DNA of 64,000 nucleotides, taken from NCBI GenBank assembly GCA_963799845.1, contig CAWCYI010000004.1, forward strand, positions 1 to 64,000, given 5' to 3'. Under the pieces are notes generated by a model. The model had not been told where the DNA came from. It did not search any database and saw only the letters and a program-made list of their open reading frames with translations. The stretch is from an uncultured Nitrososphaerota archaeon. Lineage in GTDB: Archaea; Thermoproteota; Nitrososphaeria; Nitrososphaerales; CADDZS01. The stretch's first letter is position 1. Each line of letters starts with the position of its first letter. Shown piece after piece: positions 51,600-62,738 of this stretch. The translations under genes and the position numbers were made by a program.

Positions 51600-52652
51600 A
51601 TGCCGGCGCACGTAATGGAACTGCCCAGGATAGTCGTCGTCGGCAGTGGAGTCATCGGAAAAATCGGAGAAACGCTCCAGGATCTTGAGCTCGGCGGCAG
51701 GGCGATAATCCTGTCCGGTCCCAACGTCAGGGATATTGTTTCGGGACCTGTCAACAGCTCGCTGAAGGAAAGTGGGTTTTCCTGCAGCTGGGAATTGGTC
51801 GGGCCTTCGAGCTTCGCGGAAGTCGAACGGGTCTCCGCCCTCACCAAAAGCGAGCAGGCAAATTTCCTCATTGGAGTGGGTGGGGGCAAATCGATTGACA
51901 TTACAAAACTAGCTTCGTTCAATTCGAAGATACCTTTCGTCAGCGTGCCGACGAGCGCGTCGCACGATGGGATTTCGAGTCCGTTCGGTTCCGTAAAGGG
52001 ACTCGACCGGCCTTACTCCCTCGTCGCGAAACCCCCGATCGCGATTGTCGCAGATACCGACCTGATTTCTAGAGCTCCGCACAATCTTCTGGTGAGCGGG
52101 TGCGGCGACCTGATATCGAAAAAGACCGCGGTGAAGGACTGGGAACTGTCCCACATCAAGACGGGAGAATATTATGGCAGGTACTCCGCAAATCTCGCGC
52201 TACTTTCCGCCAACATGATCATGGAAGACGTTGATATGATCTCGGCAATCACTGAAGAGGGAATCAGCGTCGTCGTCGAGGCGCTGATAAGTTCCGGAGT
52301 TGCGGCAGGCATTGCTGGAAGCAGCCGGCCATGCAGCGGCTCGGAGCATCTCTTCAGCCACGCCATGGACATCGTCGCTCCCGGAAAGGGACTGCACGGG
52401 GAAAAATGCGGGATGGGGACGATCATGATGGCGAAGCTGCACGGTCTCGATTACGGGGAAATCAGAAAGTCGCTGAAGATCATCGGCAGTCCGGTGAAGG
52501 CGAGCGAGATTGGCGCGAGCAGCGAAGAGATCATAAAGGCCCTTGTCCTCGCGCGATCAATTCGAAGAGAAAGGTATACCATCCTGGAAGAGGCGAAATT
52601 GACCGAGGCTTCTGCCCGCAAGCTCGCTCGGGATGTCGGCGTCATCCCCTAG
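51600..52652 (+). CDS. egsA: sn-Glycerol-1-phosphate dehydrogenase
   Basis: GGGKSID, TSASHDG, SRPCSGSEH, LHGE. Confidence 0.95.
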   Translation: MPAHVMELPRIVVVGSGVIGKIGETLQDLELGGRAIILSGPNVRDIVSGPVNSSLKESGFSCSWELVGPSSFAEVERVSALTKSEQANFLIGVGGGKSIDITKLASFNSKIPFVSVPTSASHDGISSPFGSVKGLDRPYSLVAKPPIAIVADTDLISRAPHNLLVSGCGDLISKKTAVKDWELSHIKTGEYYGRYSANLALLSANMIMEDVDMISAITEEGISVVVEALISSGVAAGIAGSSRPCSGSEHLFSHAMDIVAPGKGLHGEKCGMGTIMMAKLHGLDYGEIRKSLKIIGSPVKASEIGASSEEIIKALVLARSIRRERYTILEEAKLTEASARKLARDVGVIP

Positions 52653-52748
52653 TCTAACTCGGCGTTTCGAGCTCTGATTGAGCTACAGATAATCTGCTGA
52701 GTATACACACGGTTGCAGAACTCCTCTTAGGGGGCCCCCCTCTTTGTA

Positions 52749-52862
52749 TAACAGCTTAAAACGAGCTCTTCTGAGCTTACAGAGCTTGAACGCAGCTCTC
52801 CCGTCAAAAGGCACGCGCGGTTGCGAAACGGCAGATTTTTTCTTTTTGAATCAATGGGAACT
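52749..52862 (+). repeat. Dispersed AGCT-rich non-coding element, copy 2
   Basis: Homologous to the reverse complement of 672-820; lies between convergent egsA and FKBP genes. Confidence 0.8.
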
Positions 52863-53006
52863 AGTATATGGATAACGAGAAAAATAGCAGGGTCTGCAGT
52901 GACTTTTGCACGAGTTAGAGCGATCGACTAAGTACTCATAAAGCCGATAGATCTAAGATCTCCAAATGAGATCGCCGAGCTCGAGCACACTTTGATTTCT
53001 CAGAGA

Positions 53007-53807
53007 CTAGGCTGTTTTCGTCGGTTGGGTGCTGGGTGCAGCTTCCATCTTTTCCGCCTGCGGCTCTGGAGAAGCAGCTTCTGCTGTTGCTTCGGGCTTT
53101 GCTTCCTCTTCTTTCTTCATCGCAGGATTTTCGAAGGTCTCAATGAAAGTCACTCTTGAGAGCGGTTTGATGAATTTGAAAAGGTCGGAGCTGATACCTC
53201 TCTTTATAATCTGCAATCCTTCGAGCAAAAAGTAATCATTCGGAATAGTGATCTTTACTTCTTCCTCACCTGCGGATTCAAACTTGATCTTGTCCTTTTC
53301 AACTGGGAGTCTGCGGTGAATCAGCGCCTGAATCTGGGCATCTCTCGACTCTACCTTTTCTTTGATATCGACGTTGTAAAGAAGCGTCTTTCCAGCGTAC
53401 TTGTGATTGAAATCAACGATCGCTCTTCCAGATTCCAGTGACCTTACGATGCCCATGCGGTTGTCAACTTCAACTTCCGCCCCTATGGACAGCTCCGACG
53501 CCTTTTCGCCAAACTTGCGGATCGGAATGCGAGAAACTTTATTCGGATCTCTCACGCCGAAGGCCTTGTCAGGAGTTAGTTCAACGTCGATGGTCTGGTT
53601 TGGATCTGCTTTCTCCAGCGCCTCATCCAGACCTTTCAAAACCCAACCCTCACCGACGGCAATCAGCCGGGGCTCGTAAGTCCTAGTCGGATCGGCATCG
53701 CCCGCCTTTTCGGCATCCTCCTTCCGGGTCGTGTCGATAATCTGTCCAGTGTCCTTGATCTTGGCAGTATAGTCGGCCAGTATCAGGGAGTCCTTCTCAA
53801 GGGTCAT
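53007..53807 (-). CDS. FKBP-type (SlyD-like) peptidyl-prolyl isomerase
   Basis: DTT...GLDEAL...AFG.RD...VDFNHKYAGKTL. Confidence 0.92.
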   Translation of the reverse strand: MTLEKDSLILADYTAKIKDTGQIIDTTRKEDAEKAGDADPTRTYEPRLIAVGEGWVLKGLDEALEKADPNQTIDVELTPDKAFGVRDPNKVSRIPIRKFGEKASELSIGAEVEVDNRMGIVRSLESGRAIVDFNHKYAGKTLLYNVDIKEKVESRDAQIQALIHRRLPVEKDKIKFESAGEEEVKITIPNDYFLLEGLQIIKRGISSDLFKFIKPLSRVTFIETFENPAMKKEEEAKPEATAEAASPEPQAEKMEAAPSTQPTKTA

Positions 53808-53842
53808 TTCAAAATTGATTTTTCTCGAATATCGTTAAAACT

Positions 53843-54993
53843 TTATGGGTGGCCGAGAGGTTTCAGAGTTTCCCAAACTGAAGACAGAGCCCCTGATGGA
53901 TCGCAATCAAACCCGAAAGATTTCAGCAATTGGGCTATCGAATCCACAGTAACCGTAACCATCCTTTCGTTGATCTCGCCCATGCTTCCAACTCTGAACA
54001 TGCTTCCCTTCAATTTTCCAAATCCCCCGGCGACTGTTATTCCGAACCTTTCGTCGAGCATTGCTCTAAATTTCTTGTCTTCTACTCCCGGCGGATAGTT
54101 TATTCCGATCACTGTCCGGGATCTGAATTCCTCCCTGGCGAACGCCTTAAGACCGAGTGATTCGAATGCGGAGTAAAAAGCTCGGGCGCACAGTTCGTGC
54201 CTGTGGAATCTTTTCTGGATCCCTTCTTCCAGCACCAGTTTCAGAGCTTCGTCCAGCGCAAAGAGAAGCGGCACTGCCGGCGTCGATGGAGTTTCGTCGT
54301 GCTCCGCGAACTGGAAGTATTTTGGGATGTCAAAGTACTGGTTCCGCGGCTTCATTCCTTGCATCGCCTTCTTTGCTTCCGGACTGAAGGAAACGACAGC
54401 GAGGCCAGGTGGCGCTGCGAGACATTTCTGGCTGGCGGCGATGCAAATATCTGCGCCCAACTTGTCCACCGAGAGATCTTCGCCGCCTAACACACTGATC
54501 GCGTCAACAACGAAGAGTGCACCGTGCTTCCTTGCAAGTTCTCCGAGCTCGACGAGCTTCCGCCAGGTAACTCCGGTGGAAGTCTCGTTAAAGACCACGC
54601 ACAACGCTTTGACCTTGTCGACGCTCTTCAAGGCCTTTTCTACTTCGGCGATCTGGGAGCTTCACCCAGTTCACATTGAGGCCTAAGTACATTAGCGCCT
54701 GTGTAACTGGCCGAATCTCCTAATCTCCCGGAAAACTCGCCGAAGTTAGGCACGACGACAGAATCACCCGTAGTGAAGATCGATCCTACGGCTGCATCCA
54801 CCCCAGCTGTTCCTGATCCGGACAGCACTAAGATTTCATTTGATGTCTGGAAAACTTTCTGGCAGTTGATCCTTACCTTTCGATACAAATCGTGGAACTC
54901 TTCGCCCCGATGGTTGATCATGGGGGATAGCATCGCGTTCGTGACTCGGTCCGGAACGTTTGTCGGTCCCGGTATCATGACGAGTTTTCTCAA
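53843..54993 (-). CDS. Class V PLP-dependent aminotransferase (serine-pyruvate/alanine-glyoxylate type), one frameshift near 54650
   Basis: MIPGPT, NETSTG, VDAISV, ASQKCL..PPG, FRVGSMG. Confidence 0.9.
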
Positions 54994-55026
54994 GAGGAAA
55001 CGAGAGAAAAGTTTCCAAGAGACTTT

Positions 55027-55395
55027 CTAAACTTTGCCAGAAACGAGCTGTTCTCGGACTACGTGAGAAAGATCCTCGACGAATTCTAAAGGAAGGGTGG
55101 ATTCCGCGGTGACAATCACTAGACCCGCTTCTACTGGAATCAATACGATCATGAATCTATCGTGGCTGACGACCGCATAGCGTACCTGACCAAAATAAAG
55201 CGACCAGGAGGCCATCGCTCCCTTGAAAAAAGTTAGATCTCTCACGAGCTGAGTTTCACCAGGATGATTTTCTTCCTTATTACGAAGCTCGCTGATGACC
55301 ATCCCCTGCCGATTGTCCATGTAGCCGAAGTAGCGGATGCGATTATCCAGACTGAGGACTCTGTCTTTCAAGTGAAGACACTCGGCAAGTTTCAA
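55027..55395 (-). CDS. Small roadblock/profilin-like protein (DUF6659-like)
   Basis: C..VLSLD..IRY...G..RY motif reminiscent of this Nitrososphaerota family. Confidence 0.5.
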   Translation of the reverse strand: MKLAECLHLKDRVLSLDNRIRYFGYMDNRQGMVISELRNKEENHPGETQLVRDLTFFKGAMASWSLYFGQVRYAVVSHDRFMIVLIPVEAGLVIVTAESTLPLEFVEDLSHVVREQLVSGKV

Positions 55396-55435
55396 GTGAA
55401 TGAAAAGTGGATTGAGCTAAGAGATAACTTTTGCC

Positions 55436-55945
55436 TCATTCCAGGCCATCGAATCTACCTTTTGCTATGATAGGATCGATTATTCTCACGACAGAGCTGG
55501 GTACGAGTCCCTTCCATTTGCCTCCCTCCACTATTCTCTTCCGCACTTCAGTCGCGGAGAATTTCGGCCGGTCCAAAAGCGGTGGTTCAATAGTCGGCAC
55601 GCCCTTTTCCTTGTATAATTGCAGCGTCAACCTGTCGCTTGAAAATACCACCTCGTATTTTGGAACGACTTGGTCGATGTAAGCTGTCCAGACGGCGTGC
55701 CCCGTGGCATCCGGTACAGGTATTATGAGATATCTGGATGGATCGACTTTCTCGTCATTCAATGTGTTTCGAATCATCAAAATCCTTTCTCCCGCGGTGA
55801 ACGGATTTTTCGGCTCGTGGCTCTTTTGCGAACTCCCGACCACGATGTAGAGATGCTTTACATTGCCGAGTGCGTATTTCACGGTAGACAAGTGTCCTAA
55901 ATGAAAAGGCTGAAATCGGCCGATGAAGATGCCTGTCTGTTTCAT
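55436..55945 (-). CDS. nadM: Nicotinamide-nucleotide adenylyltransferase
   Basis: FIGRFQPFHLGH, NPFTAGER, SATEVR. Confidence 0.93.
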   Translation of the reverse strand: MKQTGIFIGRFQPFHLGHLSTVKYALGNVKHLYIVVGSSQKSHEPKNPFTAGERILMIRNTLNDEKVDPSRYLIIPVPDATGHAVWTAYIDQVVPKYEVVFSSDRLTLQLYKEKGVPTIEPPLLDRPKFSATEVRKRIVEGGKWKGLVPSSVVRIIDPIIAKGRFDGLE

Positions 55946-56050
55946 TTCTGTCTTCTCATTATTGCATTATCTAACGGCGTTAGACCGTTTGAACTTGGTA
56001 TCCCGATCTCGGTTGTATTAAAAAGTGTGCCAGACATTTTTTCTTAATAA

Positions 56051-57109
56051 TTGCAGATAATCGAAATTGACGGCTCGATCGGCGAGGGCGGAGGCCAGAT
56101 TCTGAGGACATCGATAAGCCTTGCGGCGATTTTCAAAAAGCCGATCAAGATCATCAACATTAGGGCCAAGAGGAGAGATCCAGGATTGAAGCCCCAGCAC
56201 CTTCAGTCTGTCCTTGTCGCGTCGAGAATTTGTGGAGGGACAGTTCGCGGAGCAGATTTAGGCTCTACCGAGATCGAGTTCGTGCCCGGAAATGTCCGCG
56301 AAAAATATAGCGAAGTCATAGACACCGGGACAGCAGGAAGCATCTCTCTGATTGCCCAGACGATTATGCCAATTTCGATCTTTAGCAACATTGATCTCAA
56401 TGTGGAGATTCGTGGAGGAACAGAAGTCCCCAAGAGCCCTACGATCGACTATCTCGATAGGTTGGTGTTGCCAATCTACGAAAAGTTAGGCGCCGACGCT
56501 AGTCTGGAGATAAAACGCAGGGGATATTATCCAAGGGGTGGTGGCGTTGTGACCTTGAAATCGTCGAGAAAAAGAAATCCATCTCCTCTCGAGATCGACA
56601 CCAGTTTCCCGGAAAAAGTTCCTTCGAATATCCTGAGCGTTTCAAGGCATCTTCCTGAACATGTGGCTCGCAGACAAGCAGAGACCGCCGGGAATATTCT
56701 TTCACAGCATGAAAACGGAATACCGGTTATAGAAATAGATTCTTCGGGAGAATCTTTCTCTCCGGGTTCTTCGATAACAATCTACAAAAGAGGTTCATCC
56801 ACGTTTATCGGAAGCAGTTCTCTCGGAGAAAGAGGAAAAAAGGCAGAATTGGTTGGGGAAGAGGCAGCGCTGGATTTTCTGAAAGAGACCAAGTCAACTC
56901 CGAATGTTGATTCTCATCTTGCAGACATGTTGGTTACTCTGCTGAGCTGCGTCGTCGGAAAAAGCAAATTCAGAACTTCGACTCTGACTACTCACTTCAC
57001 GACTAATTGTGAAGTTGCAAAAAAACTGACGGGCTGTGAGATTCAGGTGAAAAAGTCCGAACTGTCTTGGGCCGTGGAGATCGACGGATCACCCGAAAAG
57101 CCTAATTAG
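56051..57109 (+). CDS. rtcA: RNA 3'-terminal phosphate cyclase
   Basis: [37 protein letters not shown]. Confidence 0.95.
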   Translation: MQIIEIDGSIGEGGGQILRTSISLAAIFKKPIKIINIRAKRRDPGLKPQHLQSVLVASRICGGTVRGADLGSTEIEFVPGNVREKYSEVIDTGTAGSISLIAQTIMPISIFSNIDLNVEIRGGTEVPKSPTIDYLDRLVLPIYEKLGADASLEIKRRGYYPRGGGVVTLKSSRKRNPSPLEIDTSFPEKVPSNILSVSRHLPEHVARRQAETAGNILSQHENGIPVIEIDSSGESFSPGSSITIYKRGSSTFIGSSSLGERGKKAELVGEEAALDFLKETKSTPNVDSHLADMLVTLLSCVVGKSKFRTSTLTTHFTTNCEVAKKLTGCEIQVKKSELSWAVEIDGSPEKPN

Positions 57110-57155
57110 GTAACGAGGGGATTGGAGTTTTCAGTTGCTATTTTCATGGCGTTCA

Positions 57156-57767
57156 ATGAAGTCTTACATCCCAGGCGCTACTGTTGTCGGGATTACTTAC
57201 AAAGACGGTCTAGTTCTTGGAGCCGAAAGACGTGTAACTCTCGGCGGTTTTATCGTAAGCAAGACTGCAAAGAAAACATTCAAGGTTACAGATACAGTTG
57301 GTGCGGCGTGCGCTGGGATGATCGGCGACATGCAGATTCTCATCAAAGAGCTTCAATCGTATGTGAAGATCAGGGAGCTGGAGCTTAGAAGGCCTCTGCC
57401 TGCTAACTCTATCGCGAAGTTGCTGTCTGTTATGATGTTCGAGCGGAGATTTGCTCCAATGATTACTCAGGTTATGATCGGTGGGATAAATGCAAAGCCG
57501 TCGATTTGGATTCTAGATCCGCTGGGTTCTCTTATCCCTGACGATTACGCCACCGTCGGTTCCGGAGCGGAAATTGCTATTGGTCTGATCGAAAACGGAT
57601 ACTCTGAGAATCTATCGGAAGAGGACGCAAAGGATCTCGCCGTCCGCGCGATCCGTTCCGCGATCAAGAGAGATGTTTCAAGCGGTGACGGCGTAGATCT
57701 GCTCTTTGTTACAAGAGACGGCATAAGGGAAGAGTCCACTACCTTCGTCACTCCGGCATCTTCCTGA
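57156..57767 (+). CDS. psmB: Second proteasome beta subunit (lacks catalytic Thr1: PGAT)
   Basis: GATVVGI, LDPLGS, VGSGA..AIG. Confidence 0.9.
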   Translation: MKSYIPGATVVGITYKDGLVLGAERRVTLGGFIVSKTAKKTFKVTDTVGAACAGMIGDMQILIKELQSYVKIRELELRRPLPANSIAKLLSVMMFERRFAPMITQVMIGGINAKPSIWILDPLGSLIPDDYATVGSGAEIAIGLIENGYSENLSEEDAKDLAVRAIRSAIKRDVSSGDGVDLLFVTRDGIREESTTFVTPASS

Positions 57768-57820
57768 GTCGACGTAGAGAAAGGATATATTCCCAGATCT
57801 CCGATTATACATGATTTAGA

Positions 57821-58219
57821 ATGTCGTCCCTAATAACGGGAACTTCCGAGCAGCTCATTTTGACTGATTCGGCAGTCGAAAGAATCAAGTCACTGCTGCT
57901 CAAGGAAGGCAAGCCAGAGGCTGGCTTGAGACTATACATTTCTGGCGGAGGTTGCGCGGGCATGTCTTACGGTATGTCGATTGATGACTCCTTTTCCTCT
58001 GATGATGCTGTAGTTAGATCCAAAGGAGTAAAGGTCGTCGTTGACAAATTGAGCCTGATCTATCTCAGGGGTTCGAAGATTGACTACGTAGAGAATCTCC
58101 AGACTTCCGGGTTCCAAATAGACAATCCGAACGCGGCGTCTTCGTGCGGTTGCGGCCTTTCGTTCAAGGCTACGAAGGATGCGGCAACTCAGGCTAAATC
58201 ACTGACCGGCAGTAATTGA
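57821..58219 (+). CDS. HesB/IscA/ErpA-type Fe-S cluster carrier
   Basis: GGGCAGMSY, NPNA..SCGCGLSF. Confidence 0.93.
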   Translation: MSSLITGTSEQLILTDSAVERIKSLLLKEGKPEAGLRLYISGGGCAGMSYGMSIDDSFSSDDAVVRSKGVKVVVDKLSLIYLRGSKIDYVENLQTSGFQIDNPNAASSCGCGLSFKATKDAATQAKSLTGSN

Positions 58220-58277
58220 GCCGTCGGCTTCCTCTCCCGAAGGTCTAATAGAAGAATCGATTTTTGTTTTAGATTAT

Positions 58278-58712
58278 ATGCTGGATCTTTTCAAACAGTT
58301 TGATCACGTGGGAATTGCAGTCCGGAATACCAATACCGCCCTAATGTTCTATCGCGACATTTTGGGCGGTGTCGTAACTACGTACAAGGAAACTGGCACC
58401 ACAGCGGACTATATGTTTACACAGCTAGTCCTGGGAAAGCAGCGGATTGAACTGTTGGAACCTCTTGGGAATGGTGAAAGTTTCCTCACAAAATTTCTCG
58501 CAAAGTGGGGAGAGGGGCTGCACCACTTAACGTTCCAGGTTGATAATGTCGAGAAAGCATCTGATTATTTGAGAGCCAAAGGATTGAAAATCACTGACGA
58601 ATTTTACGAAGATCCACTGTGGAAGACAGCGTTCATTTCTCCGAAGAGCACTTCCGGCGTGCTAATACAGCTTTACGAAACTACTCCCGGAAGCAAGTAC
58701 GACCATTCCTAG
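58278..58712 (+). CDS. VOC-family protein, methylmalonyl-CoA epimerase-like
   Basis: DHVGIAV, IELLEP, GEGLHHL, GVLIQLYE. Confidence 0.85.
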   Translation: MLDLFKQFDHVGIAVRNTNTALMFYRDILGGVVTTYKETGTTADYMFTQLVLGKQRIELLEPLGNGESFLTKFLAKWGEGLHHLTFQVDNVEKASDYLRAKGLKITDEFYEDPLWKTAFISPKSTSGVLIQLYETTPGSKYDHS

Positions 58713-59983
58713 TTAGCTAGTTTTGTGGCAATAAGAGGGACTGCCATCTCGTCTTCACTCAATCCTCCGTGCCGTCCGGGTACTTCATCGTGTCTCGGAT
58801 CCACGTAAGAATTATCGATTGCATTGTGAAATTTTGGCAGGGCAACAAGATCTCCGATCCTCCCGTAAGTCTCTTCCTTTATTTTCCCCAGCCCAAAGTA
58901 CCCGTCAGAGAGCATCTGGGCAGAATCCTTAACTTCGAACCTTCCGGGATATTCCTTTTCGAAAAAGGCCTTGACCTTCTCCTGCGTTCCGGGTTTTACA
59001 CTGAGAATAGACGCTCTAGAATCACCGGTTGGAGGCAGTCTGAAGCTAGATAGTAGTTCAGGCTGATCGGCAACGTCCAGAATAGAATTTCTATCTACCC
59101 GAACTGCCCCGTGGTCTCCAGAAACTAGGAGGGTCGTTTTTCTCGCGATCTCCTTGTCCAACTTTGAAAAAAGCTGTTCCTCTACGATAGTGAAAATTGA
59201 ATTCAGTTCGGCCGCAAATTCCTCCGAGTCAGGGCCCCTGGCATGAGAAATTGTGTCTGGAGAGGCGTGGTAGACGAAATGGAAAGAATTTGCCTTTTTC
59301 CTTTGTAGATTTTTTCTCGTTCGGACCAACATGTCGGCGACGCTGTATTGCGCTTCAATCTCGGCCCCTCGATAGGTAATCCTGGAAAGTCCGCTATCAA
59401 TGATGTGTCTGGGAACATAAACAGTGGACGAAACCCCGTCTGTCGTGAGCCTTTCATGAATCGTGGGTGAATTGAAAAAGCTTCGAGAGTCGAGTCCCAT
59501 ATCGAAGAGCGACCGACCGCCCTGAATCGGAACGAATCTCAACATCTGACCGATAGTTCCAAGCTCCGAAAGAAACATGGAATATCCGATGACTCCGTGC
59601 TCTTGTGGAGTAAGACCCGTGTGAAGGGAGGACATTGCGGAGGAGGTAGTCGAGGGGAAGACCGAGGTTAGAGGAATATGAGCTGCGTTTGAGAAGATTC
59701 GGTCGTAAGACCTTACTCCAAAGCTCTCTCTGGCAAATTTGATTGGACCGGCGCCGAAGCCGTCCAGAAGGAGAAGAACCACGTTTTCGACTTCTTTGTA
59801 GGGGGTTAGTCTATCGTCATTGACTTGACTGCTCGATTCAGATCCAAAAATTGAAATTATTGTCTCTGGGATATTCGAAATACAGTGGCCGTCGTACTGC
59901 GGCTTTAGAAAAGCCAGGTTCTGGTCTGATGTTTCGGAGTAATTGCTGGGACGATTCAAAGTGTAATCTCTTGGTAGTTTCAA
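58709..59983 (-). CDS. Alkaline phosphatase superfamily (nucleotide pyrophosphatase/phosphodiesterase)
   Basis: LLDGFG, SVFPSTT, DTISH, GDHG, HGGLS.DEM.VP. Confidence 0.88.
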   Translation of the reverse strand: MKLPRDYTLNRPSNYSETSDQNLAFLKPQYDGHCISNIPETIISIFGSESSSQVNDDRLTPYKEVENVVLLLLDGFGAGPIKFARESFGVRSYDRIFSNAAHIPLTSVFPSTTSSAMSSLHTGLTPQEHGVIGYSMFLSELGTIGQMLRFVPIQGGRSLFDMGLDSRSFFNSPTIHERLTTDGVSSTVYVPRHIIDSGLSRITYRGAEIEAQYSVADMLVRTRKNLQRKKANSFHFVYHASPDTISHARGPDSEEFAAELNSIFTIVEEQLFSKLDKEIARKTTLLVSGDHGAVRVDRNSILDVADQPELLSSFRLPPTGDSRASILSVKPGTQEKVKAFFEKEYPGRFEVKDSAQMLSDGYFGLGKIKEETYGRIGDLVALPKFHNAIDNSYVDPRHDEVPGRHGGLSEDEMAVPLIATKLAN

Positions 59984-60016
59984 AGATGTAGAACTTTCTA
60001 TTGGTGAAAGAAAATG

Positions 60017-60113
60017 TGGGCGTGGGCGGATTTTCGTGCTCTCCTAAAGCTATTCGAACCGCCGATTCCCGCTGTGTGAGAGCGGTGTCTTAGACCAGCT
60101 GGACCACACGCCC
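60017..60113 (-). tRNA. tRNA-Val(CAC) with ~22-nt intron in the T-loop
   Basis: GGGCGTG/CACGCCC-A acceptor, CCGCT-CT-CAC-AC-AGCGG, GGCGG-TTCGAA-[intron]-T-CCGCC. Confidence 0.9.
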
Positions 60114-60187
60114 TAGTTAGTGGTCGCTTTCAAAAATTAGGGTTTTAATTGTATTGATGCATTCGCTGGGAAGCGGGCAGATTGAGT

Positions 60188-60355
60188 TTACTTCTTGACT
60201 CCGAGAGCTCGATTCTTCAGCCTCAGCGCCTGGTGTTTGCATTTTCTGCACCTGGTCGCAGATATAGAATTCTTCGCACCGCATACTAGGCAAATCTTGA
60301 AGAAAAGTCTTCTCTTCTGGGCAATCTGTTTTTTCGTTGCATCTGTAATCGGCAT
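60188..60355 (-). CDS. rpl40e: 50S ribosomal protein L40e (absent from ORF track)
   Basis: MPITDATKKQIAQKRRLFFKICLVCGAKNSISATRCRKC..LRLKNR. Confidence 0.93.
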   Translation of the reverse strand: MPITDATKKQIAQKRRLFFKICLVCGAKNSISATRCRKCKHQALRLKNRALGVKK

Positions 60356-60550
60356 TTCTTTACTACACTTCGTTAAAGATTAGTACTCTCAGGAACTCAT
60401 CCCATTTAACCTTTGACGTACAGAATGACTCGCATTTATTCCGATACCCATTTCTTGCATATATCTGGTTATTTCTGAAGTAGATGGGGTCAGTATTAGC
60501 TTTTATGGATTCAGATTTTCAACCAAATCAAAAACTGGAGATCATTCCGA

Positions 60551-61684
60551 TTGAAGATTCATGAGTATCAAGCGAGACAGCTTTTCGAAGAGAAAGGAAT
60601 ACCTCTTCCTCAAGGATTTCTGTGTAGGACTCCTCAACAGGCAAGGGAAGCTGCTGTCAATATTGGAAGGCCCGTTGTCGTCAAGGCGCAAATTCTGGTT
60701 GCCGGGAGAGGAAAGGCCGGAGGCGTAAAGCCTGCATCCACCCCCGAGGAAGCTTTCGCGGTCGCCCAAAGTATGCTTGGTTCTACGATAAAGGGAATCC
60801 AGGTCACCTCAGTTCTAGTAGTGGAAGCGGAGAAAGCGCTGAAAGAGCTGTATCTCGGTTTCACGATTGACAGAGCAATGAGGGCAGTTACGTTGATCGC
60901 GAGCTCGGAGGGAGGCGTTGATCTCGAAGAACTAGCGAAAACTGAACCAGAGAAGATTTTTCGGAAAGATATTGACCCAATCGTCGGGCTCCATCCTTTC
61001 GAGGCGAGAGAGGCTGGATACTCTATTGGAATGAGTGATAAGTCGGTAAATGATTTCGCTACGATCTGCACGAAGATTTTTGAGATTTTCAATTCTGTTG
61101 ACGCCGATCTGGCAGAGTCCAATCCCCTTGCGATCAGAACCGATGGTTCTCTCGTAGCATTGGATTCAAGGATAACTCTCGACGATAACGCACTATTCAG
61201 ACACAAGGAGTACGACCAGGTCGACGATGAACTCTCACCACTTGAGAGGGAGGCTCACGAGAACGACCTGGCATTCGTCCAACTCGATGGGGACATCGGA
61301 ATTGTAGGAAACGGAGCCGGTCTAGTTATGGCAACAATCGATGTCGTTGCTTACTTTGGTGGGAAACCAGCTAACTTTCTTGACATGGGAGGGGGTTCGA
61401 GTGCTGATAGCGTCTACCGCGCTGTAAAGATCTGTCTCGAGCAAAAGAACCTGAAGGCGCTGTTTGTAAACGTTCTCGGGGGAATAACAAAGTGCGACGA
61501 CGTAGCGAACGGTCTCGTTAGAGCCTTGAAGGAATCCCAGTTGAAGATCCCAATAACTGTCAGAATGGTCGGAACCAATGAAGAAGAGGGTAGAAAGATA
61601 CTATCCGAGAACGGAATTGCGTATCTGGATTCGATGGAGGCCGCAGCTCAGGCTGTGGTAAAGTCTGCCGGTGAGGGAAATTAG
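60551..61684 (+). CDS. sucC: Succinyl-CoA synthetase beta subunit
   Basis: [27 protein letters not shown]. Confidence 0.95.
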   Translation: MKIHEYQARQLFEEKGIPLPQGFLCRTPQQAREAAVNIGRPVVVKAQILVAGRGKAGGVKPASTPEEAFAVAQSMLGSTIKGIQVTSVLVVEAEKALKELYLGFTIDRAMRAVTLIASSEGGVDLEELAKTEPEKIFRKDIDPIVGLHPFEAREAGYSIGMSDKSVNDFATICTKIFEIFNSVDADLAESNPLAIRTDGSLVALDSRITLDDNALFRHKEYDQVDDELSPLEREAHENDLAFVQLDGDIGIVGNGAGLVMATIDVVAYFGGKPANFLDMGGGSSADSVYRAVKICLEQKNLKALFVNVLGGITKCDDVANGLVRALKESQLKIPITVRMVGTNEEEGRKILSENGIAYLDSMEAAAQAVVKSAGEGN

Positions 61685-61699
61685 GAGTAGATTCTTGAA

Positions 61700-62578
61700 A
61701 TGACGATTTTAGTAAACAAGGACACAAAAGTACTGGTGCAAGGAGTAACCGGTAGAGAAGGTAGCTCCCATACCCTTGCGATGGTGAAGTACGGGACAAA
61801 TGTGCTGGCAGGGGTAACTCCGGGAAAATCAGGTAGCAATGTAGGTGGGGTTCCCGTGTACAACACCGTCAAACAGGCAATCGCAGAACATCCTGAGATA
61901 AATTCGAGCATCATCTTCGTTCCGGCTCCGTATAATGCGGATGCTGTTTACGAGGCGATAGATTCAGACTTGAAACTCATCGTGGACATTACCGAGCACG
62001 TTCCAGTTCACGACTCGCTGGAGTTCGTGAACTACGCAAGGGACAAAGGAGTCACCATCATTGGCCCTAACTGTCCTGGAGTAATGTCCCCTGACGAGTG
62101 CAAACTTGGAATAATGCCCGGCCAGATCTTTTCAAAGGGAAATGTGGGGATCGTCTCAAGAAGCGGAACGCTGACCTACGAGATCGCATGGGTCCTCTCC
62201 AATGCGGGTTTAGGGCAATCGACTGCGGTGGGGGTGGGTGGCGATCCTATAATTGGAATGGACACGGTGGAGATCATCGATATGTTTGAAGCCGATCATG
62301 ATACGAAGGCCCTAGTTGTAATTGGAGAAATCGGCGGAGACGCGGAAGAAAGGCTTGCGATGCAAATCAAACAGAAAGGGATGAAGAAACCAATTGTGTC
62401 TTTTATTGCAGGGCGTCAGGCACCTCCCGGAAAGAGAATGGGACATGCCGGTGCCATCGTCTCCATGGGCTCTGGCACGGCAGCCGGAAAGATCCAGGCA
62501 CTTGAGGCAGTAGGGGTCAGGGTCGCCGAGCTGCCGTCAGAAATTCCCCTGCTGGTAAGTCAGGCTATTCAGAGTTGA
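61700..62578 (+). CDS. sucD: Succinyl-CoA synthetase alpha subunit
   Basis: [26 protein letters not shown]. Confidence 0.96.
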   Translation: MTILVNKDTKVLVQGVTGREGSSHTLAMVKYGTNVLAGVTPGKSGSNVGGVPVYNTVKQAIAEHPEINSSIIFVPAPYNADAVYEAIDSDLKLIVDITEHVPVHDSLEFVNYARDKGVTIIGPNCPGVMSPDECKLGIMPGQIFSKGNVGIVSRSGTLTYEIAWVLSNAGLGQSTAVGVGGDPIIGMDTVEIIDMFEADHDTKALVVIGEIGGDAEERLAMQIKQKGMKKPIVSFIAGRQAPPGKRMGHAGAIVSMGSGTAAGKIQALEAVGVRVAELPSEIPLLVSQAIQS

Positions 62579-62738
62579 GCTCGGACTTTCCGTTGTAGTT
62601 CGAATAAATGCGTTTAGGGTAAAGAAGCCAGGGCGGATCAGTTTGAATCCAAAGCAATTCCCTAGATGCTCTTGAGACATCAGGCCTCACCAAAAACAGT
62701 TTTAAGCAAAGGCGCTCAATTTCCCTAGTGCTTCAAAA

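Noticed and set aside
57156-57767. Proteasome beta subunit lacking catalytic Thr as a novelty
   Set aside because: A second, non-catalytic beta subunit is already known in several archaea.
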